Source of the DNA: Candidatus Altimarinota bacterium
Lineage (GTDB): Bacteria > Patescibacteriota > Gracilibacteria > CAIRYL01
Assembly: GCA_965250085.1 (NCBI GenBank)
Contig: OZ252287.1
Coordinates: forward strand, 638,934-678,933
Reading direction: 5' to 3'
DNA length: 40,000 nucleotides
Shown: positions 1 through 8,693 of the stretch, in pieces
How positions within the stretch are numbered: the stretch's first letter is position 1
Layout of the letters: each line of letters begins with the position of its first letter
The notes under the pieces: generated by a model
What the model was told of the DNA's origin: nothing
The model's input: only the letters and a program-made list of their open reading frames with translations
The model's database searches: none
Program-made: the position numbers and the translations under genes

Positions 1-354
1 AATATTTGGAAGTGAAGCAGGTGTAGAAATGTCCACGCTCACAAAAGGGTATGTTTCTTTCTCCTCTTCATCCCAGGCATAAAGATGGATAGCAGATTGA
101 TCTTCTAATGGTACCCAACCCGAAAGTCCATATTTTGGAGAGAGATGAGTTTCTGGAATTCGTATTGGTTGAATATTTAAGGTGTCGGAAAGCTCTTTTA
201 AATATCTTTGAATTTTTTCAACGCTAGTATCCCCAGAGCTCACGGGCTCTGGGAAAGTAGCTTCTATTACGAGCGTGTCCCTCGGGAATGGCGATATCCC
301 TTTTGCAGATTCTGCTTCTTTTGCCGTAGGGATATCTGTTGTATTTTGTGTCAT
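1..354 (-). CDS. Partial CDS (3' end runs off the window); possibly an S-adenosylmethionine decarboxylase-related (pyruvoyl-type) protein
   Basis: Absent from the ORF track because no stop lies inside the window. Reverse-strand ATG at 354..352 is open to position 1 (118 codons): MTQNTTDIPTAKEAESAKGISPFPRDTLVIEATFPEPVSSGDTSVEKIQRYLKELSDTLNIQPIRIPETHLSPKYGLSGWVPLEDQSAIHLYAWDEEEKETYPFVSVDISTPASLPNI. The GLSGWVPLEDQSAIHLYAWDE...VSVDIST stretch resembles, from memory, the GVSGVVxxSESHxxIHTWPE...IDxFTC core of small prokaryotic AdoMetDC. It begins 27 nt after the stop of the upstream gene. Confidence 0.45.
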   Translation of the reverse strand, partial: MTQNTTDIPTAKEAESAKGISPFPRDTLVIEATFPEPVSSGDTSVEKIQRYLKELSDTLNIQPIRIPETHLSPKYGLSGWVPLEDQSAIHLYAWDEEEKETYPFVSVDISTPASLPNI

Positions 355-380
355 AAAGGAATTTTATTTTCTTATCAAAA

Positions 381-1331
381 TCAAGCTGTAGACAGAGTAA
401 TTTGATTCACAGGTGGCATCATTCCTTCAACAAACTTTCTTAAATTTTGAAAAGTTATTACTGTTTTCGTATTTTTATCTGCATATACATCTTGAAAGCC
501 CCAAGCAGACCCCATGATCTTATGTGCCTTGCTTCCCAAAGATGTATAGTTAATGGCGGGAGGATCCTCTCCTTCCATTTCTTGCAATGCACGGGAAAGC
601 ATACTGTGAGCAAGTGGTATAGCCATGCCTGAGCTCCTATGGGGCAATGCAATGCCCCATTCTGACATATAAAATACCTGAGATTCATCAGAAATATCGT
701 CATCCGTGCAATCACTCACTTTTTGTAAATATGTTTCGTATTCCAATCCAGGAAACATATCTGCAAGTTTATCTTCCCAAATCTGTTGAAAGTTTGTATA
801 CCAACCATAACAAAATCCAACGAGTGATTGTTGTTGTCTGGAAAAAAGAAAGATAGCGAATATCTGTTTCTGAAAACTCTCAATAATGCTCTGTAATGTT
901 TTTTGTATAGGGTAAAATAAGCCCATGGGCTCAGAGCATGCTGGACATAAATAATCAGAGGGATTTACCGGCCTCGTTCTTTCTAATTCAACCAAGGATG
1001 AGTTTTGTTGGCTTAGTGAAATATAAACATCCGATATACCAAGTACTTCTGAGCAACTTCTACGAACACAGGTAAGATATTCCTTCCATGGACCTCTTCC
1101 ATATACATCTCGATAGGTATTTGTAAGATCTATGAAAAATTGATCCAAATGTCCATTTCTAATGGCAGTTGTTAACTTATTCGAATGTTGGAAAAATCCA
1201 ACATGATATAATCCATTATCATTTCTATTATTTACTATTTCCATTCCTCCCTCATAAACAAGAGTATCTGGTGACAAAATATCTTGTCCTGTGTCAATTT
1301 CTGCCGAACTTACATCCTCTGTATGATTCAT
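381..1331 (-). CDS. Hypothetical protein, possibly GNAT-like acyltransferase fold
   Basis: Long ORF 381..1391; the 1391 start is TTG, and an in-frame ATG (MNHTEDV...) lies at 1331. The C-terminal half (VGFCYGW...VFYMSEWGIALPHRSSGMAIPLAHSMLSRA) looks like a GNAT beta4-alpha3 motif A region. A CPAC pair is present. The function is not established. Confidence 0.55.
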   Translation of the reverse strand: MNHTEDVSSAEIDTGQDILSPDTLVYEGGMEIVNNRNDNGLYHVGFFQHSNKLTTAIRNGHLDQFFIDLTNTYRDVYGRGPWKEYLTCVRRSCSEVLGISDVYISLSQQNSSLVELERTRPVNPSDYLCPACSEPMGLFYPIQKTLQSIIESFQKQIFAIFLFSRQQQSLVGFCYGWYTNFQQIWEDKLADMFPGLEYETYLQKVSDCTDDDISDESQVFYMSEWGIALPHRSSGMAIPLAHSMLSRALQEMEGEDPPAINYTSLGSKAHKIMGSAWGFQDVYADKNTKTVITFQNLRKFVEGMMPPVNQITLSTA

Positions 1332-1545
1332 GGGAAAAACAAATCGCAGTGAGTTGCTCTTTTTTGATGAGGATATACATACATATGTCAAAAAACTGTC
1401 GACAATTTAGTAAAAACAATAAAACCTTTTATTTTATTCTTAAGAATGCTCAGAAATTGTTGAAATTTGGAAAAAAATGATGAGATTCACAAAAAAAGTC
1501 TCCAAAAATGACTTTCGAGGTGGTTATGATGAGTGATAAAAATTC

Positions 1546-2961
1546 TTATCGTATTAATTGCACCACCGTTTCAATATGCGGAGTATGAGGAAACATATCC
1601 ACTACTTGGAGTTTTTGTATTTTCCAGCTCATTTGACGCAAAAGAGAAAGGTCTCTCGCAAGAGTTGCGGGGTTGCACGAAATAAAGACCATTTTTTTCG
1701 CAGGAATGTCTTGCAAAATTTTCATTGCTTTTGGGTGAACTCCTGACCGTGGTGGATCAACAATAAGCACATCTGGGTCTGGATACTTTTGGAGTACCTC
1801 CAGCAACGTCTGCTCAGCTTTACCACAGAAGTATTCTGTGTTCTGTGCACTATTGAGCTCAGCATTTTGTATTGCATCCCGCACGGCGTGGGGTTCCATT
1901 TCAAGTCCTATGATGTGTTTTGCATTCTTTGCGAGAAAGAGCCCGATAGCTCCCGATCCACAAAAAATATCCATTACTGTTTCATTTTCTGAGAGTTCAG
2001 CAAATTGCTGGATGACTTCAAAAAGTTTTTTTGCTCCTAGAGTATTGGTCTGGAAAAATGAAAAAGGAGATATCTTATATTGTGTCTTCCCTATTTTTTC
2101 GAGAAGAAAATCTTCTCCCCAGATACATTTCATATCAGGATCAGCAATGAAATCACTTTTGCCGGTATGAATGGTAACAAGAATTCCAGAAACACAAGGT
2201 AGGTTATTCTTGAGAGTTGTGACCACTTTATCCCAAAAAGTGGATGGCTTGTTTTTTGAAACAACAAAATTTACCAATATTTCTCCATTCGCTTTGGATT
2301 CACGGAGTATAAGGTTTCGCCAAAATCCTCTATGGATTTTAGGATTCCAGACGGAAAATTTGGATGCCTTCATTATTTCCTCAGCATGACTTCGAACCAA
2401 ATTCATGTTTTCCGACGCCAAGAAACAATCTTTAATTGATTGTACGAGAGCCCATTTTCCTTCCGGGTGAAACCCCAGAGATGGGTTCAGGTCATGGAAT
2501 ACTTTTTTCCCATCTTTATCAATTTCTATTCGCATTTCTTCATATCCAAATGAAAACTCAATTTTATTTCGATATCTAATAGTTTCTGGAGAAGGAATAA
2601 TAGGAAGAATTTTTATGTCTTCAGCGTGTACATCAATATTACCCAGATGCTCGAGTGTTTCGAAAACCAGTTGTTGCTTTATCGAAAGTTGGTCTTCATA
2701 TTGTACATTTTGGAAAATACATCCAGGCATACGTTCGTATGGTGATATATGCTCAATAGGTGAAGAGCTTAAAACTTTAAGAAGCTTTGCTTCTGCATAG
2801 TTTTTTTTACTTTTGGTGATTTGAAGCTGAACTTTCTGACCCGGAAGTGCCCCTTTTACAAAAACTACTACATTATTAATATGCACAATACCCTTGCCTC
2901 CAAGAGCAAGTTTTTCTATCGTCTCTTCAAAAATGTGTCCTGCTTTAAATTCAGAAGACAT
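1546..2961 (-). CDS. TRAM-domain RNA (uracil-5-)-methyltransferase, RlmD/RumA/TrmA family
   Basis: N-terminal TRAM-like OB domain (GGKGIVHINNVVVFVKGALPGQKVQLQITKSKKNY). SAM motif I DIFCGSGAIGLFLA, motif IV VDPPRSG and the catalytic ISCNPATLARDL block are all present. Only one Cys lies where RumA has its Fe-S cysteines. Confidence 0.9.
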   Translation of the reverse strand: MSSEFKAGHIFEETIEKLALGGKGIVHINNVVVFVKGALPGQKVQLQITKSKKNYAEAKLLKVLSSSPIEHISPYERMPGCIFQNVQYEDQLSIKQQLVFETLEHLGNIDVHAEDIKILPIIPSPETIRYRNKIEFSFGYEEMRIEIDKDGKKVFHDLNPSLGFHPEGKWALVQSIKDCFLASENMNLVRSHAEEIMKASKFSVWNPKIHRGFWRNLILRESKANGEILVNFVVSKNKPSTFWDKVVTTLKNNLPCVSGILVTIHTGKSDFIADPDMKCIWGEDFLLEKIGKTQYKISPFSFFQTNTLGAKKLFEVIQQFAELSENETVMDIFCGSGAIGLFLAKNAKHIIGLEMEPHAVRDAIQNAELNSAQNTEYFCGKAEQTLLEVLQKYPDPDVLIVDPPRSGVHPKAMKILQDIPAKKMVFISCNPATLARDLSLLRQMSWKIQKLQVVDMFPHTPHIETVVQLIR

Positions 2962-2999
2962 GGCAGATTCTGTTTAGAAAAACAATATTTTTTATGACT

Positions 3000-3872
3000 T
3001 TAAAAAGGGAGATCTTCTGGCTTGATGTCACTTTCATAGTTGATTTCTGGCACATCAGTGGGTTCTGCTTTTTGTGGTGCTGGATTTTCAGAAGCGGCCT
3101 CATTCCCTACCGGTACGGCTTCTTGTCCAGCGCCTCTTCCATCAGAGGAAGGAAGATTTTGAGATGGATGTCCGAGAGCAAGGATACTCTTGGCGTTAAT
3201 TTCTGTGGTATACCTCTTTTCTCCATCAGGAGTCTCCCATGATCTGGTCTGCACATTGCCAGTAATAAATACTCGCTGTCCTTTTTTAACAATTTTTTCC
3301 GTATCGTCAGCGAGAGCACCCCAAGCAACAATGTTGTGAAACTCTGCCTCTTTTTGTTGCTCATTGGTTTCTTTGTTGGTCCAAGTGCGATTGGTGGCCA
3401 CACTGAGTTTTATCACGCTTTTTCCACTGGGCGTTTGTTTTATTTCTGGATCTTGAGTGACGTTTCCCAAAACATCTGCGCGATTGAGCCCTCCAGCAAC
3501 TGCAAATGAATCATCCAGTGGAGAAAGTGGCACTCGTGGATCCAGAAGAATCACTGGATCGTATGGAGAAAGAACAATCTTGGTTTTGTATTTTTTCTTT
3601 CCCTGGTCGTCTTCCCAAGAATCTGTTTTGAGCCTTCCGGAAGCATAGACTTGCGAGCCCTTGCGTGCATATTCACTGAGAAATTTGGCACTCTGTCCCC
3701 ACACGGTTACCGTATGAAATGATGAGCTTATACCCTCACTTCCATCATCTTTTTGAAATTTTGATCTTACTTGAACATTGAGATCGGTGACGGACATGCC
3801 ACTGGGCAAGTCTCTAACCTCTATATCTTCGGTGAGATATCCAATAATCTGTACAGAATTTACGTCTCGCAT
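3000..3872 (-). CDS. ssb: Single-stranded DNA-binding protein with two tandem OB folds and an acidic C-terminal tip
   Basis: Two complete SSB-type OB domains. The first runs VNSVQIIGYLTEDIEVRDLPSG...GRLKTDSWEDDQGKKKYKTKIV. The second runs LNRADVLGNVTQDPEIKQTPSGKSV...GNVQTRSWETPDGEKRYTTEINA. A Pro/Gly/Ala-rich linker follows, and the protein ends ...IKPEDLPF, the canonical D-x-P-F tail. Confidence 0.9.
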   Translation of the reverse strand: MRDVNSVQIIGYLTEDIEVRDLPSGMSVTDLNVQVRSKFQKDDGSEGISSSFHTVTVWGQSAKFLSEYARKGSQVYASGRLKTDSWEDDQGKKKYKTKIVLSPYDPVILLDPRVPLSPLDDSFAVAGGLNRADVLGNVTQDPEIKQTPSGKSVIKLSVATNRTWTNKETNEQQKEAEFHNIVAWGALADDTEKIVKKGQRVFITGNVQTRSWETPDGEKRYTTEINAKSILALGHPSQNLPSSDGRGAGQEAVPVGNEAASENPAPQKAEPTDVPEINYESDIKPEDLPF

Positions 3873-4279
3873 GTGTGTGTGTGGAAAAGAAAAAAGCGGA
3901 AGATATTATCCCGTGCGAGAAGGTAAAAGGCAAAACAAAATGCCATTATTTTTAATCTTTGAATAAGAAAAAATAATTGCCCCTTGGAGGGTCGCTTCTT
4001 CATTGGAAAACATTTGGCGTATTTTCTCTTTCTGAGCGGAGAAACAAAAATTGCGAGGATGGACAGAGGAGGATTGCAATTTTTTCGAAGCAAAGAATGA
4101 GAAAATCCAAATTTTTCCACCGAAACAAAGGTTTTTGGTTCCTTTTTGGCTGCAAAAAGGAACTCCCTTTGCTATTACAGTTATCATCTAATGGAGATTT
4201 ATCTATCATTTTTGTTGTCTTTATCTATCAATCACGATATTCTTCCGCAGAATATTTTGTGTTTCTTTGAGTTTTTAAT

Positions 4280-5482
4280 ATGGACAAGTTTCTCCGCATG
4301 GCACTCACGTTTCTGATTGTGTACTTTGCGTTGTCACTCATTCTCCCTAATCCCGACAAACAAACTCCTCTCTCTGAAGGTGATGTTGGTGTTGAAATGA
4401 AAGATGCGACCATAGCACAGGGAAATTTGGTGAGAGTCGTGGTACAAAACAATATGGAAGAAGAATTTATCCTCGGGGAGAATGAATATCCACCAGAAAA
4501 TCTGATCTTTGAGAGAAGAAGCAACGGAAGATGGGAGCACATTGTTCCTGAAAATACTCAAAAAATAGAAACTCCTCTAGCTATTGCTCCGGGTCAAAAA
4601 CATGAATTTTCGTTCTCGGAATACAATACCGAGATGTTTTTTGATATCGGAGAATATAGGGTAGCCATGCGGCCGACAGAAGATCAGGAATTTATGGCAC
4701 CATTTGAAGTATACAAACCTGGATTTCTTCGCACTCTCTTTCGAGCAATTTATAAGGTCATCTATAACTCCTTTATTGCAATCCTTATGGTGACAAAAGG
4801 AAATTTAGGAGTGGCTATTATTGTGATTACTCTTGTCGTCAAAATTTTCCTCTGGGGAGTGAATCGCAAATCACTTGAATCACAGCAAAAGATGCAAAAG
4901 GTCCAGCCAGAACTGCAGAAAATCAGAGATAAGTACAAAAATGATCAGCAAAAAATGGCTTCCGAGACCATGGCTCTTTGGAAAAAATATGATGTAAGCC
5001 CTTTTGCGGCGTTTACTCCTATATTTATCCAGTTTCCTGTCCTGATAGCCCTGTTTTATGTGATCCGTGATGGACTGTTACCACACAATCAGTATCTTCT
5101 CTATCCCCCACTCCAAGACTTTGATTTTTCTCAGATAAATGAAATCTTTCTCGGATTTTTGAATCTCGCTCACCATCCCATTGCAGACAAAGCTCTGCTT
5201 TGGCTCCCCTTTGTCGTAGCCGGATCTCAGCTCTGGGCCCTGAGACTTGCGATGAAGCGCACGGCAAAGAAGAAAGAACCAACGAAAAAGAAAGATCCTT
5301 CAGAAAAGCCATCTATGATGGGACAGATGGAGAGCATGAACAAAACCATGATGTATGTCTTTCCTATTATGATCTTCTTTTTTACATTGAACTTCCCTGC
5401 CGGTGTGGGCATGTATTGGTGGATCTCAACGCTTATTGGTGTGGGGCAGCAGTATTTGGTGAATAAGAAGGCACATCATTGA
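4280..5482 (+). CDS. yidC: Membrane protein insertase YidC
   Basis: N-terminal TM segment plus an extracytoplasmic domain, then the YidC/Oxa1 core. The core includes NLGVAIIVITLVVKIFLWGVNRKSLESQQKMQKVQPELQKIRDKYKNDQQKM...WKKYDVSPF..PIFIQFPVLIALFYV and C-terminal FPAGVGMYWWISTLIGVGQQY. Confidence 0.9.
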   Translation: MDKFLRMALTFLIVYFALSLILPNPDKQTPLSEGDVGVEMKDATIAQGNLVRVVVQNNMEEEFILGENEYPPENLIFERRSNGRWEHIVPENTQKIETPLAIAPGQKHEFSFSEYNTEMFFDIGEYRVAMRPTEDQEFMAPFEVYKPGFLRTLFRAIYKVIYNSFIAILMVTKGNLGVAIIVITLVVKIFLWGVNRKSLESQQKMQKVQPELQKIRDKYKNDQQKMASETMALWKKYDVSPFAAFTPIFIQFPVLIALFYVIRDGLLPHNQYLLYPPLQDFDFSQINEIFLGFLNLAHHPIADKALLWLPFVVAGSQLWALRLAMKRTAKKKEPTKKKDPSEKPSMMGQMESMNKTMMYVFPIMIFFFTLNFPAGVGMYWWISTLIGVGQQYLVNKKAHH

Positions 5483-5643
5483 TATTTTAATATTCGGAAG
5501 TATTGGTAATTGTATTATTCGGGATTAAAGCCTTGGAAATGTCTTGGTTGAAGGTAAGAGAATATTATCCCTCTAATATTAAGTAAAAATTAAATAAAGC
5601 CTGTCTTTCTTTGCTTCTTTTTGCTTTTAATCATATAGTGCGA

Positions 5644-6189
5644 ATGCTCTCTCTATTACAAATGCCTAACGCTTTATTACCACAACAACGGCAAGAGGAA
5701 ATCGAGCAAATGGTAGATTCGTTGATAGAAAAAAATGATAGTCCGAATAATCAATGGGAGCTGATACAATCTATTTGTGAGTCGGAAAATATAACTCTTG
5801 AAGAATCTGACATAAAAGATATATCGGGTGCCTTGTTTAAGGAAGAGGATGAATGGAAAATTTTATTAAATAAATGTGACTCCTTATCACGAAAAATTTT
5901 TACAGTAGCGCACGAATTGGGTCACTATTTTCTCCATAAAAATGGAGATGAAGAATTTGTTGATGGAATACTTATTCATACTCGAAATGAGGATATAAAA
6001 TATCAACAAAATGAAGTAGAAGCTAATGAGTTCGCGGGTAACTTATTGATGCCTCGGAAATTTATTGAGAAAGAAATTGGTCTGCCAAGTGGCACAATAA
6101 CATGGGGGAAAATAGATCTTTTAGCGTCTAAATTTAGTGTTTCCACAGTCGCTATTACTACCAGACTTAAAAACTTAGGTTATGCCTAG
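5644..6189 (+). CDS. ImmA/IrrE-family (M78) zinc metallopeptidase
   Basis: HEXXH motif in FTVAHELGHYFLHKNG, and the family-typical downstream EVEANEFAGNLLMPRKF block. The ORF track starts at TTG 5611; the first in-frame ATG is at 5644. Confidence 0.8.
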   Translation: MLSLLQMPNALLPQQRQEEIEQMVDSLIEKNDSPNNQWELIQSICESENITLEESDIKDISGALFKEEDEWKILLNKCDSLSRKIFTVAHELGHYFLHKNGDEEFVDGILIHTRNEDIKYQQNEVEANEFAGNLLMPRKFIEKEIGLPSGTITWGKIDLLASKFSVSTVAITTRLKNLGYA

Positions 6190-6400
6190 TAAGGACATAC
6201 CACGGAAGCCCCAGGAACTGGTAAGAGAGTATTCAAGTCAACGATTCTCTTTTCCTTTTGACGATAGGTCTGACGGAGAGAAGGATGTAAATGAAAAATT
6301 GATGAAAGAAGAGCTTTTCTGGACTAAGTGCAAAAGATGGGCTACAGGTGGCATTATAGGTTTCACAATAGGGTTCGTACTAGCACTAACTACTATTTAA
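6182..6400 (+). CDS. Small hypothetical protein with a C-terminal transmembrane anchor
   Basis: 72 aa ORF overlapping the ImmA stop by 8 nt, an arrangement typical of translational coupling. Charged N-terminus and hydrophobic tail WATGGIIGFTIGFVLALTTI. I recognise no homology. Confidence 0.4.
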   Translation: MPSKDIPRKPQELVREYSSQRFSFPFDDRSDGEKDVNEKLMKEELFWTKCKRWATGGIIGFTIGFVLALTTI

Positions 6401-7268
6401 TAGCTTTTTTCCAATTATTCTGAATCTTCCTCCTCATATCCGGATTATGCAGCTTCTGGATAGTGTCCTCAAAGATCATTTCCGGAGCATAGTGCGGTGA
6501 AGATGGATTCATAAATTTATGAGCCTTGTTGAGCAAGATACATTTGAAAAGTTTTTCAAAAGGGAAAAGTAAAATCTCAAAAGTTCTTTGTAAAAAGGAA
6601 CTCTTATTCCCTGCTCCAAACTCCTCACTCCCGACTGACTTGATTCCTGTTTCTGCCTCTATCCGTTTCGCATTCGCCTCCTTCATCTTTTCAAAATGTT
6701 CTGCATTGTAGAGAGGCTTGAGCGTCAGGAGCCAGAAGGCAAGATAAATATCATGTTCATTTTTGATTTTTGAGAAATCCAAGTAGTCCTCATCCACAAA
6801 AAACGAAAGGCAAAATCTGTCCTTCGTTTTTCTTTTCTTTGCCCTGAGTCCGAGAAGAGAAAAGAGGAGCGTGCTCCAAAATCGTGCTGTGTATATATGA
6901 CCTTTTTTGACAATGATAAAGAGATCAATATCGCTCTCTTTTGTTGCCATTCCCATCGCTGGAGTGTTGGTGAGTGCAATACCCCGAAGAAAAGGGAAGT
7001 GCTTTAGGATACAAGTAAATTTTGCCGCTTTTTTGAGGATTTTTGCAGACATTTCCTCCCCTTCTTGTCTTCTTTTTTTCAGCTTTTCTCTATCCGAATC
7101 GATAGAAAAATATGTGCTTCCTGCATGTTCAAAAAACTGAAAATTTTCTTTGAGATCATCAGGCGAAATCGATGGAAAAAATGTGAAGATTTCCTCACTT
7201 GAGAGAGGAAACCCCCAGAGGTTATAAAATGCAAGGGTGCCGGTAATGAGAGAGAGAGGAGGCTTCAT
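6393..7268 (-). CDS. Putative nucleotidyltransferase-fold (Pol-beta-like) protein
   Basis: GIALTNTPAMGMATKESDIDLFIIV resembles the minimal NTase G[SG]...DxD motif. The track ORF extends to 7409, but that extension overlaps the divergent gene; the ATG at 7268 (MKPPLSL...) is more plausible. Confidence 0.55.
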   Translation of the reverse strand: MKPPLSLITGTLAFYNLWGFPLSSEEIFTFFPSISPDDLKENFQFFEHAGSTYFSIDSDREKLKKRRQEGEEMSAKILKKAAKFTCILKHFPFLRGIALTNTPAMGMATKESDIDLFIIVKKGHIYTARFWSTLLFSLLGLRAKKRKTKDRFCLSFFVDEDYLDFSKIKNEHDIYLAFWLLTLKPLYNAEHFEKMKEANAKRIEAETGIKSVGSEEFGAGNKSSFLQRTFEILLFPFEKLFKCILLNKAHKFMNPSSPHYAPEMIFEDTIQKLHNPDMRRKIQNNWKKAIK

Positions 7269-7342
7269 GGTACTTACGCTTGCTGAGAATACTGCGTTTT
7301 GCCTACAATACAAACAGTTTTTTTCTTTTTCCTCTTTTTCAT

Positions 7343-7738
7343 ATGGTATTTGATTCCGTACTTCTGGCTCAAATCTTCGGCCCATTTTTTGCCATCCTTG
7401 GACTGGCACTCCTTATAAATCAAAAAACACTCCAGAAGATGGTGAGTGAAATAAAAAATAACCAACCACTTCTTCTGTTTGGAGGTGCATTTAATCTCCT
7501 TCTGGGACTTTTTCTCATCTCAGGACACAATATGTGGGTCAAGGATTGGCCAGTCATTATCACTATCATTGCGTGGGCTATGATTCTCAAGGGCGTATGT
7601 TTGCTTCTGTTTCCAGACTCAAGTCAAAAAATGGCTGCTGCCATGGCTTCAGGATCACAATATACTCTCAGTGGTCTCGTCATGTTGGTACTTGGCGGAT
7701 ATCTCTGCTATGTCAGCTGGTTCTCTGTAATTTGGTAA
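7343..7738 (+). CDS. Hypothetical integral membrane protein (about 4 TM)
   Basis: Hydrophobic segments SVLLAQIFGPFFAILGLALLI, LLLFGGAFNLLLGLFLI, VIITIIAWAMILKGVCLLLF and LSGLVMLVLGGYLCYV. The ATG at 7343 avoids overlap with the divergent gene. Confidence 0.55.
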   Translation: MVFDSVLLAQIFGPFFAILGLALLINQKTLQKMVSEIKNNQPLLLFGGAFNLLLGLFLISGHNMWVKDWPVIITIIAWAMILKGVCLLLFPDSSQKMAAAMASGSQYTLSGLVMLVLGGYLCYVSWFSVIW

Positions 7739-7742
7739 GAAA

Positions 7743-8375
7743 TTAGCCTCTGAGGATTTTTACTGCCTTTTCTGGGTCGTCTGATCCAAAGAGATAGGAG
7801 CCCGAAACAATCAAATTGGCACCTGCTTCTCGTGCAGAAGTAACAGTGACTCCACTGATACCTCCGTCAATTTCAATATCTATATCGGGATATTGAGCCC
7901 TGAGAGTACGCACTTTTCCAAGTACGTCTGATATAAAGCTCTGTCCGCTAAATCCAGGCTCCACACTCATAATCAGAACAAAATCCACAGTATCAAGCAG
8001 ATCTGCAATGGCTGAAAGTTCTGTCTTTGGTTTCATCGCAATCCCCGCCTTCATACCCAAATTTTGAATATTTTCAATAATTTCAGAAGATTTGTTTCCT
8101 GCGGCTTCGATATGAAAAGATATCATATTTGCTCCAGCTTTTTGAAACGGCTCAACATAATTTTCCGGATCACTGACCATCAGATGTACATCAAAGATTC
8201 CTTTGGTTGTAAGTCTGGAAAGGATAGGGGCTCCCATACTCAGATTTGGGACAAAATGCCCATCCATAACATCAAAATGAAATCCTTCTTCTAGTGGCTC
8301 GAATCGATCAATTTCTGATTGGAGACATCCAAAATCAGCAGAAAGGAGTGAGGGGAATATGCGAACGTCTGGCAT
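7743..8375 (-). CDS. rpe: Ribulose-phosphate 3-epimerase
   Basis: MPDVRIFPSLLSADFGCLQSEIDRFEPLEEGFHFDVMDGHFVPNLSMG...HLMV...MSVEPGFSGQSF...IEIDGGI are canonical Rpe blocks. Start moved to ATG 8375, because the upstream extension to 8564 overlaps the next gene. Confidence 0.9.
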   Translation of the reverse strand: MPDVRIFPSLLSADFGCLQSEIDRFEPLEEGFHFDVMDGHFVPNLSMGAPILSRLTTKGIFDVHLMVSDPENYVEPFQKAGANMISFHIEAAGNKSSEIIENIQNLGMKAGIAMKPKTELSAIADLLDTVDFVLIMSVEPGFSGQSFISDVLGKVRTLRAQYPDIDIEIDGGISGVTVTSAREAGANLIVSGSYLFGSDDPEKAVKILRG

Positions 8376-8400
8376 TTGAAAAAGGGGAGAGAAGAAAAAT

Positions 8401-8688
8401 TTACTGATTATTTTTTGTTTTTGTACAAAATATACCTTTTTTGAGACTCTGTTTCTCCACAAAGTGACATATGACATCTCTGAGTGAAACAAATGCCCAA
8501 ATACTGTTGAGTACAATGAAAGGAATACTGGAAAGTAAAATGGAATACCATATGAGTAGGCCACTTCCCAGAAAATTGATTAGATCATATATAAGGTCTT
8601 CTTCACTCCATACACCCACTTGATGCAGTGTAAACGCCAAGAGAATAAGAAATGCGCCAGTGATGCCAAGGATGATAGTGATGTCCAT
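8401..8688 (-). CDS. Small 3-TM membrane protein (CBU_0592-like / SemiSWEET-sized)
   Basis: 95 aa with three hydrophobic helices (IILGITGAFLILLAFTL, LINFLGSGLLIWYSILL, IPFIVLNSIWAFVSL). It lies 5 nt after rpiB and 25 nt before rpe on the same strand. Confidence 0.6.
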   Translation of the reverse strand: MDITIILGITGAFLILLAFTLHQVGVWSEEDLIYDLINFLGSGLLIWYSILLSSIPFIVLNSIWAFVSLRDVICHFVEKQSLKKGIFCTKTKNNQ

Positions 8689-8693
8689 GAAGA

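Noticed and set aside
3873-4279. Several 60-100 aa ORFs on both strands in the ssb-yidC spacer, and a (CA)5 run (3873-3882) abutting the ssb start codon
   Set aside because: The ORFs overlap one another, are rich in F/L/K/R from AT-rich sequence, and resemble neither rpmH, rnpA nor anything else. The dinucleotide run is short and lies outside coding sequence, so phase variation is unsupported.
8376-8564. Upstream extensions of rpe (to 8564), rpiB (to 9176), the NTase-like gene (to 7409) and ileS (to 38500)
   Set aside because: Each extension overlaps a neighbouring gene or a structured leader and adds hydrophobic or low-complexity residues ahead of the well-conserved N-terminus. Internal ATGs match the family N-termini.
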